DNA of 64,000 bases from Macrostomum lignano (lineage: Eukaryota). The stretch is taken from positions 7,099 through 71,098 of the forward strand of contig NIVC01002111.1 of the NCBI GenBank assembly GCA_002269645.1, read 5' to 3'. The position numbers were made by a program, and so were the translations under genes. Shown in pieces: positions 45,327 to 58,271 of the stretch (the first letter of the stretch is position 1; the number at the start of each line of letters is the position of its first letter). The notes beneath the pieces are model-generated. The model worked only from the letters and a program-made list of their open reading frames with translations, was not told where the DNA came from and ran no database searches.

Positions 45327-47808
45327 TCACAGCACCAGCCTGCTCAGGCCCGCCATCAGGGCCGCACTGATGGCCCCGCTGGCGGGCAGAGTGACCAGCC
45401 AGGCGATAATGATATTGCGAAATATCGACCATTCGACATTGTCACGGCTGCGAAAGAAGCCGACTAAGACTACGCTGCCAACTTTGCAGTGAGTTGTGCT
45501 GATTGGAATTCCGATGTTTGACGCAATCAGCACGGCCATGGCTGCCCCGAGCTCGATGCAGAATCCGCTGGAATGGGGTGGGGAGACTGGGACTTGGCTT
45601 TTGGCAATGTATACAGGATGTATGTATAGAAAGCAGACGACATAGTTTAGTAGCTAGAATAGATGACACAATGAAAGACATTTGGGTAGACATTTCGCAT
45701 ACAATCGAGTCGGGTCTTTGACAACTGAGTAGATAATTAAAGAAAAAATGGAGCAGAATATAGGACAGAAAAATAGTTTTCAATAGGTTAGCCAACGGGG
45801 TAGATTATAGGGTTGACAAAAGAATAATGTAGGCATTTTGGTAGACCATGGGGTAGACAGCTGGACAATAGAGAGTACTGTATAGATATCTGGCGATTGG
45901 GTAGATAGTTGGGTAGAGGATTGAGTATGTAAGACCGTGGGTTGAATTGCAGTGAATAACAAAACGTGAGGAGGCCTCACTGGCTCGCGCCAATATATTT
46001 AATGCCAAAGCTGGGGTGGGTGTAACCACCCTCAGCACGCACACGCCGCAGCGCTAAACCCCAACCCCCAAACCAGCCAGACGTGCACATCTAAGTGCAC
46101 GCGCACCAACAAGCCAGACTACAAGTAGATAGTTGGGTAGAGGATTGAGTAGAGAGTTGGGTAGAGGATTGAGTAGAGAGTTGGGTAGAGGATTGAGTAG
46201 ATAGTTAAGTAGAGGATTGAGTAGACAGTTGGGTAGAGGATTGAGTAGACAGTTGGGTAAAGGATTGAGTAGACAGATCGGTAGAGGATTGAGAAGACAG
46301 TTGGGTAGAGGATTGAGTAGACAGTTGGGTAAAGGATTGAGTAGACAGATCGGTAGAGGATTGAGAAGACAGTTGGGTAGAGGATTGAGTAGACAGTTGG
46401 GTAGAGGATTGAGTAGACAGTTGGGTAAAGGATTGAGTAGACAGTTGGGTAGAGGATTGAGAAGACAGTTGGGTAGAGGATTGAGTAGACAGTTGGTTAG
46501 ACGATTAAGTAGAGACTTAGATAGAGGATTGAGTAGACAGTTGGGTAAAGGATTGAGTAGACAGTTGGGTAGAGGATTGAGAAGACAGTTGGGTAGAGGA
46601 TTGAGTAGACAGTTGGTTAGACGATTAAGTAGAGACTTAGATAGAGGATTGAGTAGACAGGATGGTATATGTGGACGACGGAATGTATAATGGTATAGTG
46701 TAGATAATAGAGTAGACACTAGGATAGACAATGAGATGGAGCTCACTCCAGACTCCACACCGAACTCACCTAGACGGTGTGATGGTGGTCAGATCCTCGC
46801 CCAGCGTCTGGATCACCCGCCTGCCCCAGATCCACAAGCCGATGCTGATGCCGAAACCGCCGTAGACCAATATCCAAATCGGGGAGGCGACCTTCCCGGC
46901 GATATCCCCTGTGGTGGCCACAACCCACAGGCCGATCAGAGGTCCGATAGCGTTGCTAACGTCGTTGCCGCCGTGAGCAAAGGCTCCAAAAATTGCCGTC
47001 AAAATTTGCAGCCAAGCAAAAATTCTAGCCTGCTCGGGTCGGTCAACGATCGCCTTCTTGCTTTTATTATCAGCTTTGCCCCCTTTGGCGCCTTGCTGCT
47101 GCTCGGACTGGATTGGCTCCTCGTCTTCGGCGCTCTCAATCGGCTGCGGGCGGTTGTTGCCGTTTTTCTAGTTGCTATGCTGATTTAACAACTGGTAGAT
47201 GGTTCCTTTTTAATCGTGGCGTCATAGTCTAAGTCAAGTGACGTCATAGTCTAATTGGGTGACGCCGCTGTCAAAGTGACGTCATAGTCTGATTTGGGTG
47301 CCGCCAATGTCTAAGTGACGTCATAGTCTAATTGGGTGACGCCACTGTCAAAGTGGCATCATGATCTGGTTGGGTGACGCCACAGTCTCTTCGTGGCGAT
47401 TTCACTATTTAATTGAGTTAATCCACTATATAAATAAGTGACGCCATTGTCCTTTTAGATGACGTCACCATCTGATCATGTGACGTCACTATCTAGCAAT
47501 CACGCACTAACTGATGAAACCAATGCAAAACAGCACTCTACCTCTTAATAGACTGTAGGATACGTCAACATTAAAAATCAGGGGCTGACTAAAAGTTTTT
47601 TTCTTATTTTTAACAGAAACACCTTCCATTACATTCAAACCAATTCAATATACCTTGTACTTTGCCTTGCGCTGCTGAGTCGTGGAATCCGAATGGCTGC
47701 TCAACGCGACAGACGAGCCGGCTTCAGAAGGCGCATCAGCCACGGACTCTTCTGGCGGATTGTCGCGGAGCTCGGCTGAGAAAACGTTAGGGAATATATT
47801 TGAGTGTT

Positions 47809-47897
<89 letters not shown>

Positions 47898-47913
47898 CAG
47901 TTGGTTCGTTAGC

Positions 47914-47953
<40 letters not shown>

Positions 47954-47997
47954 AAGTTAGTTAGTTAGTTAGTTAGTTAGTCAGTTGGTTCGTTAGC

Positions 47998-48051
<54 letters not shown>

Positions 48052-48469
48052 TTTAGTTAGTTAGTTAGTTAGTCAGTCAGTTAGTTAGTTAGTTAGTTAA
48101 GGGGGTTGTAGCCTAGTGGTTAGAGCGTCGGACTCACGACTTGAAGGTCGGGGGTTCGATTCCCGAAACCCACTGGAATAATTTGTGTCCTTAAGCAAGA
48201 CACTTAATTCTGCATTGCTTCAGTTCACCCAGCTGTAAAATGGGTGCCAGCATTAGCTGGGGTAATTGAGGGGGTGTGTGGCGACCCCCCAGTACTTGGA
48301 CTGAACAGCCGTACGCAGCCTTCAGATGCGCCGCGCAATAGCTGCGGCTGAGCTGTCGGTTGCACATCTGGACATTAGGGCAGGTGTAATCAGTTATATG
48401 TAATATATATATATATATATTTGTTTGTTTGTTTGTTTGTTTGTTTGTTTGTTTGTTTGTTTGTTTGTC

Positions 48470-48508
<39 letters not shown>

Positions 48509-51500
48509 GAGTTAGTTAGCTAGTTATTCAGTCAGTCAGTTAGTTACTAAGATAATTAGGTAGACAGCTATAGTTACCAAGCTAGATAGTCTGATAACTA
48601 GTTAGTACATACTATACTCACCAATAATTCGTTTCCGCTGCCATGGAATGAGGACCAGTTTCACCAGAATCGAGCAGATGATTCCAACGCCAAACGAGGC
48701 TAAGATGGCTCCCCACAATGGGATCACGTGGAAGTAGAGGCCTGGGGTTTTTAATAATTGTTTCAGAAGTTTTTCTCGGACTATTCTTTGGCACTAATGA
48801 AGTTCAGAAGCAGAATGTTAATAACTCACTCTCAGGTCCTTCGTACACGGTTGAGAATACGTTGATAGCGATGGTGACACTGTAGATTAGTGGCAGGAAT
48901 CGGAGTCCAGGTTCCAGTGCATCTGGCTGCGAGTGGGGTGGATAGGTAGGAAATAGGTTTGGTAAAAAAATTAGGATAGATAGTAGGTAGGTAGTTGGGT
49001 AGTTAAATAGTTAGGTAGGTAGGTAGGTAGGTACATGTAGGTAATGAAAATAATTGATTACACCTGCCTTAATGGGATTTGCAACCGACAGCTCAGCCGC
49101 AGCTATTGCGCGGCGCATCTGAAGGCTGCGTACGGCTGTTCAGTCCAAGGACTGGGGGGTCGCCACACACCCTCAATTACCCCAGCTAATGCTGGCACCC
49201 ATTTTACAGCTGGGTGAACTGAAGCAATGCAGAATTAAGTGTCTTGCTCAAGGACACTAATTGTTCTAGTGGGATCGGGAATCGAACCCCCGACCTTCAA
49301 GTCGTGAGTCCGACGCTCTAACCACTAGGCTGCAACATTTTAGGTAGGTAGGCCAGGTCAGGTAGGTAAACAGTATAGGTAGTTAGGTAGGAGGGTAGGT
49401 ATGTAGGTAGGTAGGTAGGTAGGTCAGGTCAGGTCAGGTCAGGTAGGTAGGTGGGTGGGCAGGTGCTTCTATAGACATATCCGCTCAGCATATTTTAAAA
49501 ATTTTCATGAGTGAGCAATGCTGAGTTATTAGTTAGACAAATAAAAAATACATTTATAAAGCTTTATAATCACCTTTGTTAGGATGAAGACTTTAATAAA
49601 GTAGAACAGGGCTATGGAAATTCCGCCACTCAGCAGGGGCGAAATGAACCAGGAGGCCACTGAAAATCGGATAAGTCAATATGATTACCTAAAAATAATA
49701 AAACTTGGCTATAACTAAAATTCTTACACAATTGGCTAACAAAAAAGTTTTAAGCTGTAAAACGATAAGATCCGCTGAAATTTGAGCTATTTGAGAGCAC
49801 AGAGAGCTATACGAGAAAAATTTAAAAGAAGTCTGACTAGCAAAGACCTAAGCGTTTATTAGAAACCAGCTTCCCCCGACCAGATAATCTGATTCAGAAC
49901 TCCATGGCTCCAAAATTGCAGATGGTACAAAACACCCTGTAGCCCTGCGATTTTCCAGACCGCTTGGTCCGACATGCACAATTCGAAATTGAGTTTTCAA
50001 CTGTTGAATTAAACTTTTTCCAAACTGCATGACGAACGAATAAGTGGGTGGGGGGGTGCGCTGCTGAAATGAGATAAGCCTGGTTTGAATACAGCTTGAA
50101 TCAGACTGCGCTTAGATACAAGCTCTAAAACCGTGCAAGGGTATTCTTCAAACTGATAAAGGAATGCCATTGAAGTGTCAGTTCTCCTGTCAAGCTGTCA
50201 TCTCCTATCGTGATTTAAGGATTGCCTATCCTGACCCAAGAATTGCCTATCCTGACCCAAGAATCTCTCATCCTGATCCAAGAATTGCCTATCCTGACCC
50301 GAGAATTGCCTGTCCTGACCCAAGAATCTCTCATCCTGACCCAAGAATCTCTCATCCTGACCCAAGAATCTCTCATCCTGACCCAAGAATCTCTCATCCT
50401 GATCCAAGAATTGCCTATCCTGACCCGAGAATTGCCTGTCCTGACCCAAGAATTGCCTATCCTGACCCAAGAATCTCTCATCCTGACCCAAGAATTGCCT
50501 ATCCTGACCCGAGAATTGCCTGTCCTGACCCAAGAATCTCTCATCCTGACCCAAGAATCTCTCATCCTGACCCAAGAATCTCTCATCCTGACCCAAGAAT
50601 CTCTCATCCTGACCCAAGAATTGCCTATCCTGACCCAAGAATCTCTCATCCTGACCCAAGAATTGCCAATCCTGACCCAAGAATTGCCTATCCTGACCCA
50701 AGAATTGCCCATCCTGACCCAAGAATTGCCTATCCTGTTCCAAGAATCTCTCATCCTGACCCAAGAATTGCCTATCCTGACCCAAGAATCTCTCATCCTG
50801 ACCCAAGAATTGCCTATCCTGACCCAAGAATCGCCTATCCTGACCCAAGAATCTCCCTTCCTGACCCAAGAATTGCCTATCCTGACCCGAGAATTGCCTG
50901 TCCTGACCCAAGAATCTCTCATCCTGACCCAAGAATTGCCTATCCTGACCCGAGAATTGCCTGTCCTGACCCAAGAATCTCTCATCCTGACCCAAGAATC
51001 TCTCATCCTGACCCAAGAATCTCTCATCCTGACCCAAGAATTGCCTATCCTGACCCAAGAATCTCTCATCCTGATCCAAGAATTGCCCATCCTGACCCAA
51101 GAATTGCGTATCCTGACCCAAGAATCTCTCATCCTGACCCAAGAATTGCCTATCCTGACCCAAGAATCGCCTATCCTGACCCAAGAATCTCCCTTCCTGA
51201 CCCAAGAATCGCCTATCCTGATCCAAGAATTGCCTATCCTGACCCAAGAATCTCCCACCCTGAGACAAAGCAACTAGCTGCAGCATCTCCCAATTGGAAG
51301 CTGTCACCACTTACCGATGAGGCCCAACCGGGCCCAGTCCACTCCTGTCTGCGCGTTGGCCACAAGAGCGAAGCCCACGGTGGCGCCAACAATGGAGTGA
51401 GTGCCGGACACGGGCACACGAAAGAACGTAGCAACCAGCAGCCAGATGCAGGTGCCAGAGAGGCTGGACAGCTGGCCTATCATGAGCAGCTGAGATCCGG

Positions 51501-51792
51501 TTGTACTAGTCCCATTATTATTCAATTCAACGTAATAGTCGGTGTCTATGATGCCTTTTCGAATTGTCTCGGACACTTTCGCACCGAGTAGGACGGCACC
51601 GGCTGTCTCAAATATTGTTGCCAGAATGCAAGCCTGCTTCAACGTCAGCACCTTGGAGCCGACCGACGTACCAAAACTGTTAGCAACGTCGTTCGCCCCG
51701 ATGCCGAAGGCTAGTACGAAAGCGATGATAAACCCCAGCACCACAATCCAGAGGTACTCCTCCGGGATTCCTAGAAAGCCGCTGGTGGTCAT
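45327..51792 (-). CDS. SLC20A: Sodium-dependent phosphate transporter PiT (SLC20 family), 7 exons
   Basis: Exons 51315-51792, 49574-49659, 48830-48926, 48622-48741, 47654-47775, 46770-47167, 45327-45567 with consistent phases. Signatures [38 protein letters not shown] and [12 protein letters not shown]. Confidence 0.95.
45840..46660. repeat. Intronic minisatellite, 24-bp unit GGGTAGAGGATTGAGTAGACAGTT
   Basis: Homogeneous from 46120 to 46660, degenerate upstream. Confidence 0.92.
47215..47490. repeat. Degenerate intronic repeat with GTGACGTCATAGTCT / GTGACGCCA core
   Basis: About 10 copies of the TGACG(T/C)CA core in intron 47168-47653. Confidence 0.7.
47808..48100. repeat. (GTTA)n microsatellite; resumes at 48420-48550 after the SINE
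   Basis: Pure tetranucleotide run. Confidence 0.96.
48105..48396 (+). mobile_element. tRNA-derived SINE with MIR-like CORE domain, copy A
   Basis: Pol III A box TAGCCTAGTGG and B box GGTTCGATTCC. These are followed by GTGTCCTTAAGCAAGACACTTAA...CTGTAAAATGGG, resembling the CORE-SINE central domain. Second copy nearby. Confidence 0.85.
49051..49336 (-). mobile_element. tRNA-derived CORE-type SINE, copy B (inverted relative to copy A)
   Basis: Reverse complement matches copy A over ~285 bp with few substitutions; embedded in (GGTA)n. Confidence 0.85.
50212..51262. repeat. Intronic minisatellite, 21-bp unit ATCCTGACCCAAGAATCTCTC / ...AATTGCCT, ~50 copies
   Basis: SLC20 intron 1; explains the four long repetitive ORFs. 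Confidence 0.97.
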
Positions 51793-52959
51793 TGTTTCTC
51801 AATGGTGGCTTCTAGCCGAAACAATTCCCAGTCTAAAGAGAGAAGAAGCGGAAAAGCTCAAACACAACGTTGTTTTATGTTTCACTTTGCAAACGGTACA
51901 AAATCTAGCTACCTATTTGACCAATGGGTGAGGCCGCGTGTATCAGAGGTCGGGCTCGAATCTCAGATAGATAAAAAAATAACAATCGATAAAGAGCAGC
52001 TCTAGCGGCTCTACAAGCGGGGAGGGTCGGTCAAAATGACACGCGCTGCTTGCACTCGCACTTTGCACTCGGCCAGATCGTGACAAGCCCGCGAGCAAGA
52101 ACACTCGCGCCAAAGTTAGGCGTAGTATAGGGTTTTCGTGAGCTAAGTGAGACACTTCTTTCCAGCAATCTGAAATAGATACGCATGTCTATGGTCAAAA
52201 CCGTACGGTCTATGGCAGTGACAGACTCTTTTTTAACTAAAGGGAAATGAGTTCAGCGCATGGGGCCCGTGCTAAAGAATACTCTTAACTCCTAAATCCT
52301 TAAGCGTGTCCTAACTCCTAGCTCCTAGATTAAGGTTTGTCGCGTGCTATTGAATAAGGAGTGGGGAGTAGGAGCTAGGAGTTGCCGTTTTCAAGAGTAG
52401 ATTTTTGGAGCGCGTGTCCTATAGAAGGAGCGAATTACATTTCTAGCTCCCAAATCCTAGTTAAGATTTCAAGGGATAAATTTTACTCTTAGGTTGATAG
52501 GAGTGTCATTGCTTACAGGATATGGCACAAGTACAGTGGAACCGGCCACATGTATGAAATACCTCGTTGCTGACAGAAGGCTGGCTCACAAAAGCTGCAT
52601 GGACGCTGGACGATCGATCATATTGTGGAGCGAACTCCGTACGTCACATCCGGCTACAAAAAAACTGCCTCAAAAGCTGGGTCATTTCTGAACCTAAAAC
52701 AGCACGGGACGTTGAGCCTCATGCTAATTTCTCTGAAAATGGCTACCAGAGACGTACATTAGGGCTTGCTGGTGAATGCCCGAAATGTGATGGAAGCCAG
52801 GGGCGGCAGAATTTTATTCACTGACAGGACTGCCGACAACCTATGGACAGGAAAACACCTAACTTGCCTATGTCTCACTTAGATTGCAGTGCAAAATACA
52901 ATACTAGTAGAAAACCTGATACTAAAAGAATAATAATCTTAGTGGGCGCCCTGCCTCTA

Positions 52960-53250
52960 GGTAGTCTCTTGGTTGTCACCCCTGCCTCTTGATGGGCCCC
53001 CTGTCTCTTGGTGGGCGCCCCTGCCTCTTGATGGGCACCCCTGTCTCTTGGTGGGCGCCCCTGTCTCTTGATGGGCGCCCCTGTCTTTTGGTGGGCGCCC
53101 CTGTCTCTTGATGGGCACCCCTGTCTCTTGGAGGGCGCCACTGTCTCTTGATGGGCGCCCCTGTCTCTTGGTGGGCGCCCCTGTCTCTTGGCGGGCGCCC
53201 CTGTCTCTTGGCGGGCGCCCCTGTCTCTTGGCGGGCGCCCCTGTCTCACT
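52960..53250. repeat. Minisatellite, 20-bp unit GGGCGCCCCTGTCTCTTGGT; second short array at 56165-56245
   Basis: About 13 copies here and about 4 degenerate copies at the second site. Confidence 0.9.
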
Positions 53251-53727
53251 AAAAGTAAAATAAAGTGGTAAAACTCTGCCTTCAAATGAAAAATTCTGGC
53301 TTTGTTTGATGCTGAGATATTAGAAAAGGATAATAATAATTATTATTCTACACAATTAAGCTAGGCTTGCAGATTATGTTTATTAAATACTAAACATTGT
53401 CGCCATAGGAGCAGAGTGAAGTATTTTGCAACATTTCAAAGCCAGCTTAAGTTGCAATAGGAGTACATGAATGAAATAAAGTACTTTTTCAAGGAAAACA
53501 TGCTGTCTGTTAAAAGTGCACTGGAAACAAGGAAACTTGTACAACTAGGAGTGCAAGACAAAACTGATTCAGCTGAAGAAACAAATAAAAAGAAAAAAAA
53601 CAGAAAGAAACAGAAAATAACAGCATCAAAAGTCGTCAAGGAAAAGCAATTTAATTACAAATTTATAGCAAATTATTTGAAATAAACCTGAAGAATTTGC
53701 CAAACGCAAAACTCCTCAAAGCCCGCA

Positions 53728-54839
53728 TCAGTCGCCGTAAGGCAGAAACACTGAAAGCAAATACCGTTTCCATAGCAACAGCTCCAAAGTGATGTTCTTC
53801 TCTCCTGGCCAGCCTGTCGAGGGTGCCGGCAAGCGGACGAACTCAACGAACGGATGCCGGCCAAGAGCTCGAATGGCCTGACACGTCATGGTGGGCTTCG
53901 AGCACCCGGTGCTGGTGTGAGGCTGATAGTGGCACTGCCGCATCACGTCGGATTTGTACTGCCGCCTGAGAAAGCGCAGAGGCCGCCTTGGGAGGGCAGC
54001 AGCAGACCCGGGCCGAAAGGCCTCCAGCTGAGCGGATAGACATCCTCAATAGAAAATACCCTGGGCTGTTCCAGTCGGATAAACCAGCGACCGGAGTTTC
54101 GGATTAGAAACAGGTCGACAGCAAGTAGGCAGGACTTGGTGCCGTTCACCAAGTCGCACCGGATCCCGAGCTTCCAGTGCATGTTCAGCGCCTCGGTGTC
54201 TAGAAATAAATACGTCGAGCTTTTAGAAAGCTCCTCGAGTAGGTAGCGAACCTGCGACTTTTGATCCACTCTGATGCCGAAGTCGAAATCGTCGTCCCAC
54301 GGCACCAGGCCGAAGTGCCGCACCGAGCCGATCAAGCTACCATCAAGTAGGAAAAGTTCCAAGCCCCTACTGGTGAAATTGGAGAACAGGTGGCCCAGCT
54401 GCCTGTACACCTCGGCCATGTCTCTTGAGTTGGCGAAATGCCTGAAGCAGTTGGAATCATTCAAAATTCTGTTGACAGTTATTGGCGCAACAGCGTTGGC
54501 GCACGACTCTGACGTCAGATTGGCCAGGTCGACTGGCGTTTCCAGCGTAGCGTAGAAGCCCGGCTTGATTGGCAGCTGTCTGCGCACTTCAGCCTGATCT
54601 GCGGTCACCTCTGCTAGACGATCCAGCAGGTTACTATGGTAACAAGCGTCGCTGACGGTTGGCTCTATCAGTTTCGAATCGCTGTCAATGCCCCACAGCG
54701 AGCTGCCCAGTAGCTGGGGATCGCCATTGCAGCATTGGTGAAATTGGCTGAACAAGTACAGGCTCAGGAGCATTACCACGGCAACGGCTATCACTGTTCC
54801 TGGCCGAAGGAGACCCTTTGACAGGGTTGAAAGTAACAT
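53728..54839 (-). CDS. LicD/fukutin-related nucleotidyltransferase-fold protein, intronless type II membrane protein; 1-nt frameshift near 53990 (pseudogene or sequence error)
   Basis: N-terminal TM (TVIAVAVVMLLSLYLF) and LicD motif LLDGSLIGSVRHFGLVPWDDDFD. After PFGPGLLLPS the family-like tail PRRPLRFLRRQY...C...HPFV continues in another frame to the stop at 53728. Confidence 0.82.
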
Positions 54840-55129
54840 CGCGTATATTTGTAGCACCTGTAGCAAGGTCCTCGAGGTGAGGGCGATGATCTGTGAAGAG
54901 AGAGCAATATACTGTTCAAACATCAATGACCAGAGAGCTTTCGACAATATGTAACTTATTAAAGCGTCAATAGTAAAGTTCAGATAAGTTTCAAATCGCA
55001 AAGGCTGGCATTGTAAAGAACTTTTACCCGGACACAATGACGAGTTAAAAGGGCAATTATTACGCCATTCAGCGACTCCACCGGCAGATTTTTCTAATTG
55101 ATAAGAGCAGGCACACTGATATTATTTTA

Positions 55130-55877
55130 TAGCTTTTTGCAGCCCATTTGGGCTTACGCGCATTGAATTTAATCCAAGATATGTTTGTCAAAGTAATGGA
55201 GCTTTTGTCTATGGTAGCAAGGCTGGCGCAGCGGCATTTAATTTGGTCCAACAAGCATCAATTTGGTCCATTTAGTTCATTTTCAGCTCAGTCCCAGAAT
55301 TGTGGACCATATGCTAGGCTGTTGAACGAATGTCCTTGGCTTGTGATCGAAGCACTCGACGGAGGTGAACATCCAAAGGACATTGCAAGGTTGCTGAATG
55401 TAAAAGAAAAGGTGGTTTACAGCATCCAGCAGCGCGTTGAAACTCTGCCGGCAGAGATTGCCTGCGAAAGGGTGGCAATCGCCAAGGAAAGTTGCTCGAG
55501 AGCCTCAGGTCCAACTGCTACTCGATGCAGTGGAGACGAACCCTTTGTTGACGTTGCAGAAAATGCAGCAGAAGTTGAGGGACACAGCTCCAGTTGGTTA
55601 TCAGATTTCGACTATCAGCAGAGCTCTGGAAAAGCAACTGAAAACTTTTGGTAGAGACGCTGACATTCCAGTGGTGCGCAACAACCTGCAGACGGTTGAG
55701 AGAAGGCAAGAGTTTGTCCAATGGCTCACGAGTGTTTGGACCAAATGGATGCTTGTTGGACCAAATTAAATGCCGCTGTGCCAGCCTTGCTACCATAGAC
55801 AAAAGCTCTGTTACATTGGCAAATGTATCTTGGATTAAATTAAATGCGCGTAAGCCCAAATGGGCTGCAAAATGCTA
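55130..55877 (+). mobile_element. Internally deleted Tc1/IS630-like DNA transposon (non-autonomous), 748 bp
   Basis: TIRs of ~140 bp (TAGCTTTTTGCAGCCCATTTGGGCTTACGCG...) with flanking TA. Interior encodes a frameshifted HTH region (GEHPKDIARLLNVKEK; ISTISRAL; RNNLQTVERRQEFVQW) and no DDE domain. Confidence 0.85.
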
Positions 55878-58271
55878 TATTAAACTAATTAAAAGTTGAC
55901 TAAGTTATACACTCGCCTACTATCTTATCTGATTTTCGATTCAACTATCCACGCGTAATCAATGTACATCATACTCTCTGCCCAAGTGACCAATCAGTTC
56001 ACCCACCCCATCTCTCGTCCAATCAAATCAAATTCAAGTGGGAAATAATGGCCGCTTAAGAGTACGTTAAAATGACTTGAAAAGTGTATTAAATTGGCCA
56101 TAAAAGTGTGTTAAATTGACGGTGTGCTTACCATTGCTCAATGTTACTGTTCAGTTCATGTTCTTGGTGGACGCCCCTGTCTGTTGATGGGTGCCCCTGT
56201 CTCTTGGTTGGCGCCATGTCTCTTTGTTGGCGCCCTGTCTCTTGATGGGAAAACGGTAGCTTTGGCCATTCTTACTCCTTCTATGCCTTGTATAGTCTAT
56301 CCTTGGTATTTGACTTGCTATGGGCAAACTAGGTCGCAGTTTTGGCAAAATTGAATGCCAGTTTTCGGAGAGAAGTCTATGACTCAAGCTGGGGTCGAAT
56401 AGGCCTAAGCTCAGTTACATGACTGAGCTTCATTTTTATGATTTTTTTCCTTTGTGATTCCATAAATGCATCGGCAATTTAATGACTAAAAAGACAATCA
56501 AATAAAAAATGTCACAGCATAAATTCTGGCTACGCAACTTGATTTCTAAAATTAGTGATTTTTAACGAAATCTTCCAATCAATTTGCTTTATTGTGTGTA
56601 TTGTCTATGGTCAAGTGCAGTTCTGTAGCAGTAGACTGTTGTTGCAGCGAAATAGGGATTATCAAATTGACTGGCTATTTTATCAACATGACTGAAACAA
56701 ACAATAGTCTATGTCCAAGACCCTAGGTCTGTGGTATATGGCAACTACAAGCGTAGTTTAGTCTATGGTCTATTACCTTGATTCTTGGTGTATGACGTTG
56801 GTCATTGAACGAACTAATGTTGTAGATCATTCGGTCTTTGACCTAAACTTTTGCCTGTACATGTATTACGCTCGTTATTTACATAGTTCGGCTGCATGTA
56901 TACTCGTATCTTTTGATGTTTTTTATCATTCTTTTGTATGTAACGATATCTTGTACGTTTAAATCTATCTTTGCAATATCGTATGCAGAAACTACTTTAT
57001 TTTGCGGACAAAACCGATCCACGTATGATAAAAAGTAAATAAAGAACTTACCGCAAATTCTGCTGAAAGTTTATTCCCCCTTTCAGTGAATGTTACAATA
57101 TTAGCTTATAATTTTTAGTATATGGATATATGTTACCAATGGGTATTTTTAGTTATCAAACGACAGTCTCGATTCGGAGGCGAACTAGAAATTAGCTACC
57201 CACTCTCCTGTGCTGACGTTGAGTGGATCCGTCCGCCACTTGTGCGCAGTTATTTCGCCTGGTATATAATATCTTTATGTGCACAAAGTTCTCCAATAGC
57301 CTCCCGGGGTATATTGTAAGACAGTAAGTCAGAGGAGCTAACAGCGCTTCCCTACTAGCGCCCAAACTACCCTACCACCCAACCCTTCTCGATTGCCCTC
57401 CATATGTCTGTGCAGATCAGTGCCTCAATTGCGAGCCAAAGAAGTCATGCGCTCCAATTTCAGTTCGTCCGCGCTTTTGCCGCCCAATGGGAACCGCCAA
57501 TGGGAAACGAGCGAGCAATTTCGAAATTGGCTTAGGCTGACTATAGCTGGGATAGGGACCTATCGATGACTCCATGTCATTTGACTGCCTTTTTTATTTT
57601 TGACTGCTGAATTCGACAAAAATGCTGAATTCGACAGTTTGGTCACACAACTGCCGGGCCACAACCCTAACATAGATCTTCTTACTACCACCACAATTCT
57701 AACTCTAGTTTAAATCCTAATGCTTAATCAGTCAAGTTGGCAGTAAAATTTCAAATGCTCAGTAGTCCAATACTGTACTGGACTTACTTTTGAAATCAAG
57801 AATAGTGTAAACGCTAATGCCCTGTGTCAGGCAAGTTACTTTAAGCATAACGGTAGAGGTGGTAACCAAAGAATTCATGGTGAAACGATTCGTTGCTAGT
57901 TGCTTTGAAGATTTTTGAAGCCGGATCTGCCAACTGCCACTGGAATGATGCACCATGCCCTATTTTCTCTTATTGATGACTGCACTGTTAGCGTGATGCC
58001 CCGCTGGTCATTTGATGCTGAATTTTGTTAATTAACCGCGTAATTATCCGCGTAATCTAATTAAATTGCGCACGTTTCATTGTGCACACTATTATTACTT
58101 ATAATTGCCCGCTTAAAGCCTACGCACGTTGTATACTAAATTTACTAATTTCTCACAGTGGTCTTCACGTAGAGCTCTGCACATGCCTTTCTCTCTAAAT
58201 CTTGACATAAGTATTTAATGCATTAATTAGCTCAATACAATTTTAGTTTAACTTGCAATAGCGCAGAAATA

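Noticed and set aside
48105-48175. tRNA gene (Val-like CAC anticodon)
   Set aside because: The anticodon and acceptor stems do not pair properly, and the sequence continues into a CORE-like body present in two copies, so it is a SINE head.
43411-51591. Repeat-protein ORFs ([19 protein letters not shown])
   Set aside because: Microsatellite and minisatellite translations, intergenic or within SLC20 introns.
52270-52460. Short inverted repeats AACTCCTAGCTCCT / AGGAGCTAGGAGTT upstream of SLC20
   Set aside because: No clear termini or TSD; insufficient to call a MITE or regulatory element.
53404-53685. Lys-rich ORF MNEIKYFFKEN...
   Set aside because: Short, A-rich, preceded by an in-frame stop and without a recognisable family or splice support.
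54840-55037. Upstream 66-codon extension of the LicD ORF
   Set aside because: AT-rich and not domain-like; Met 54839 followed by a TM anchor and preceded by an acceptor is the more plausible start.
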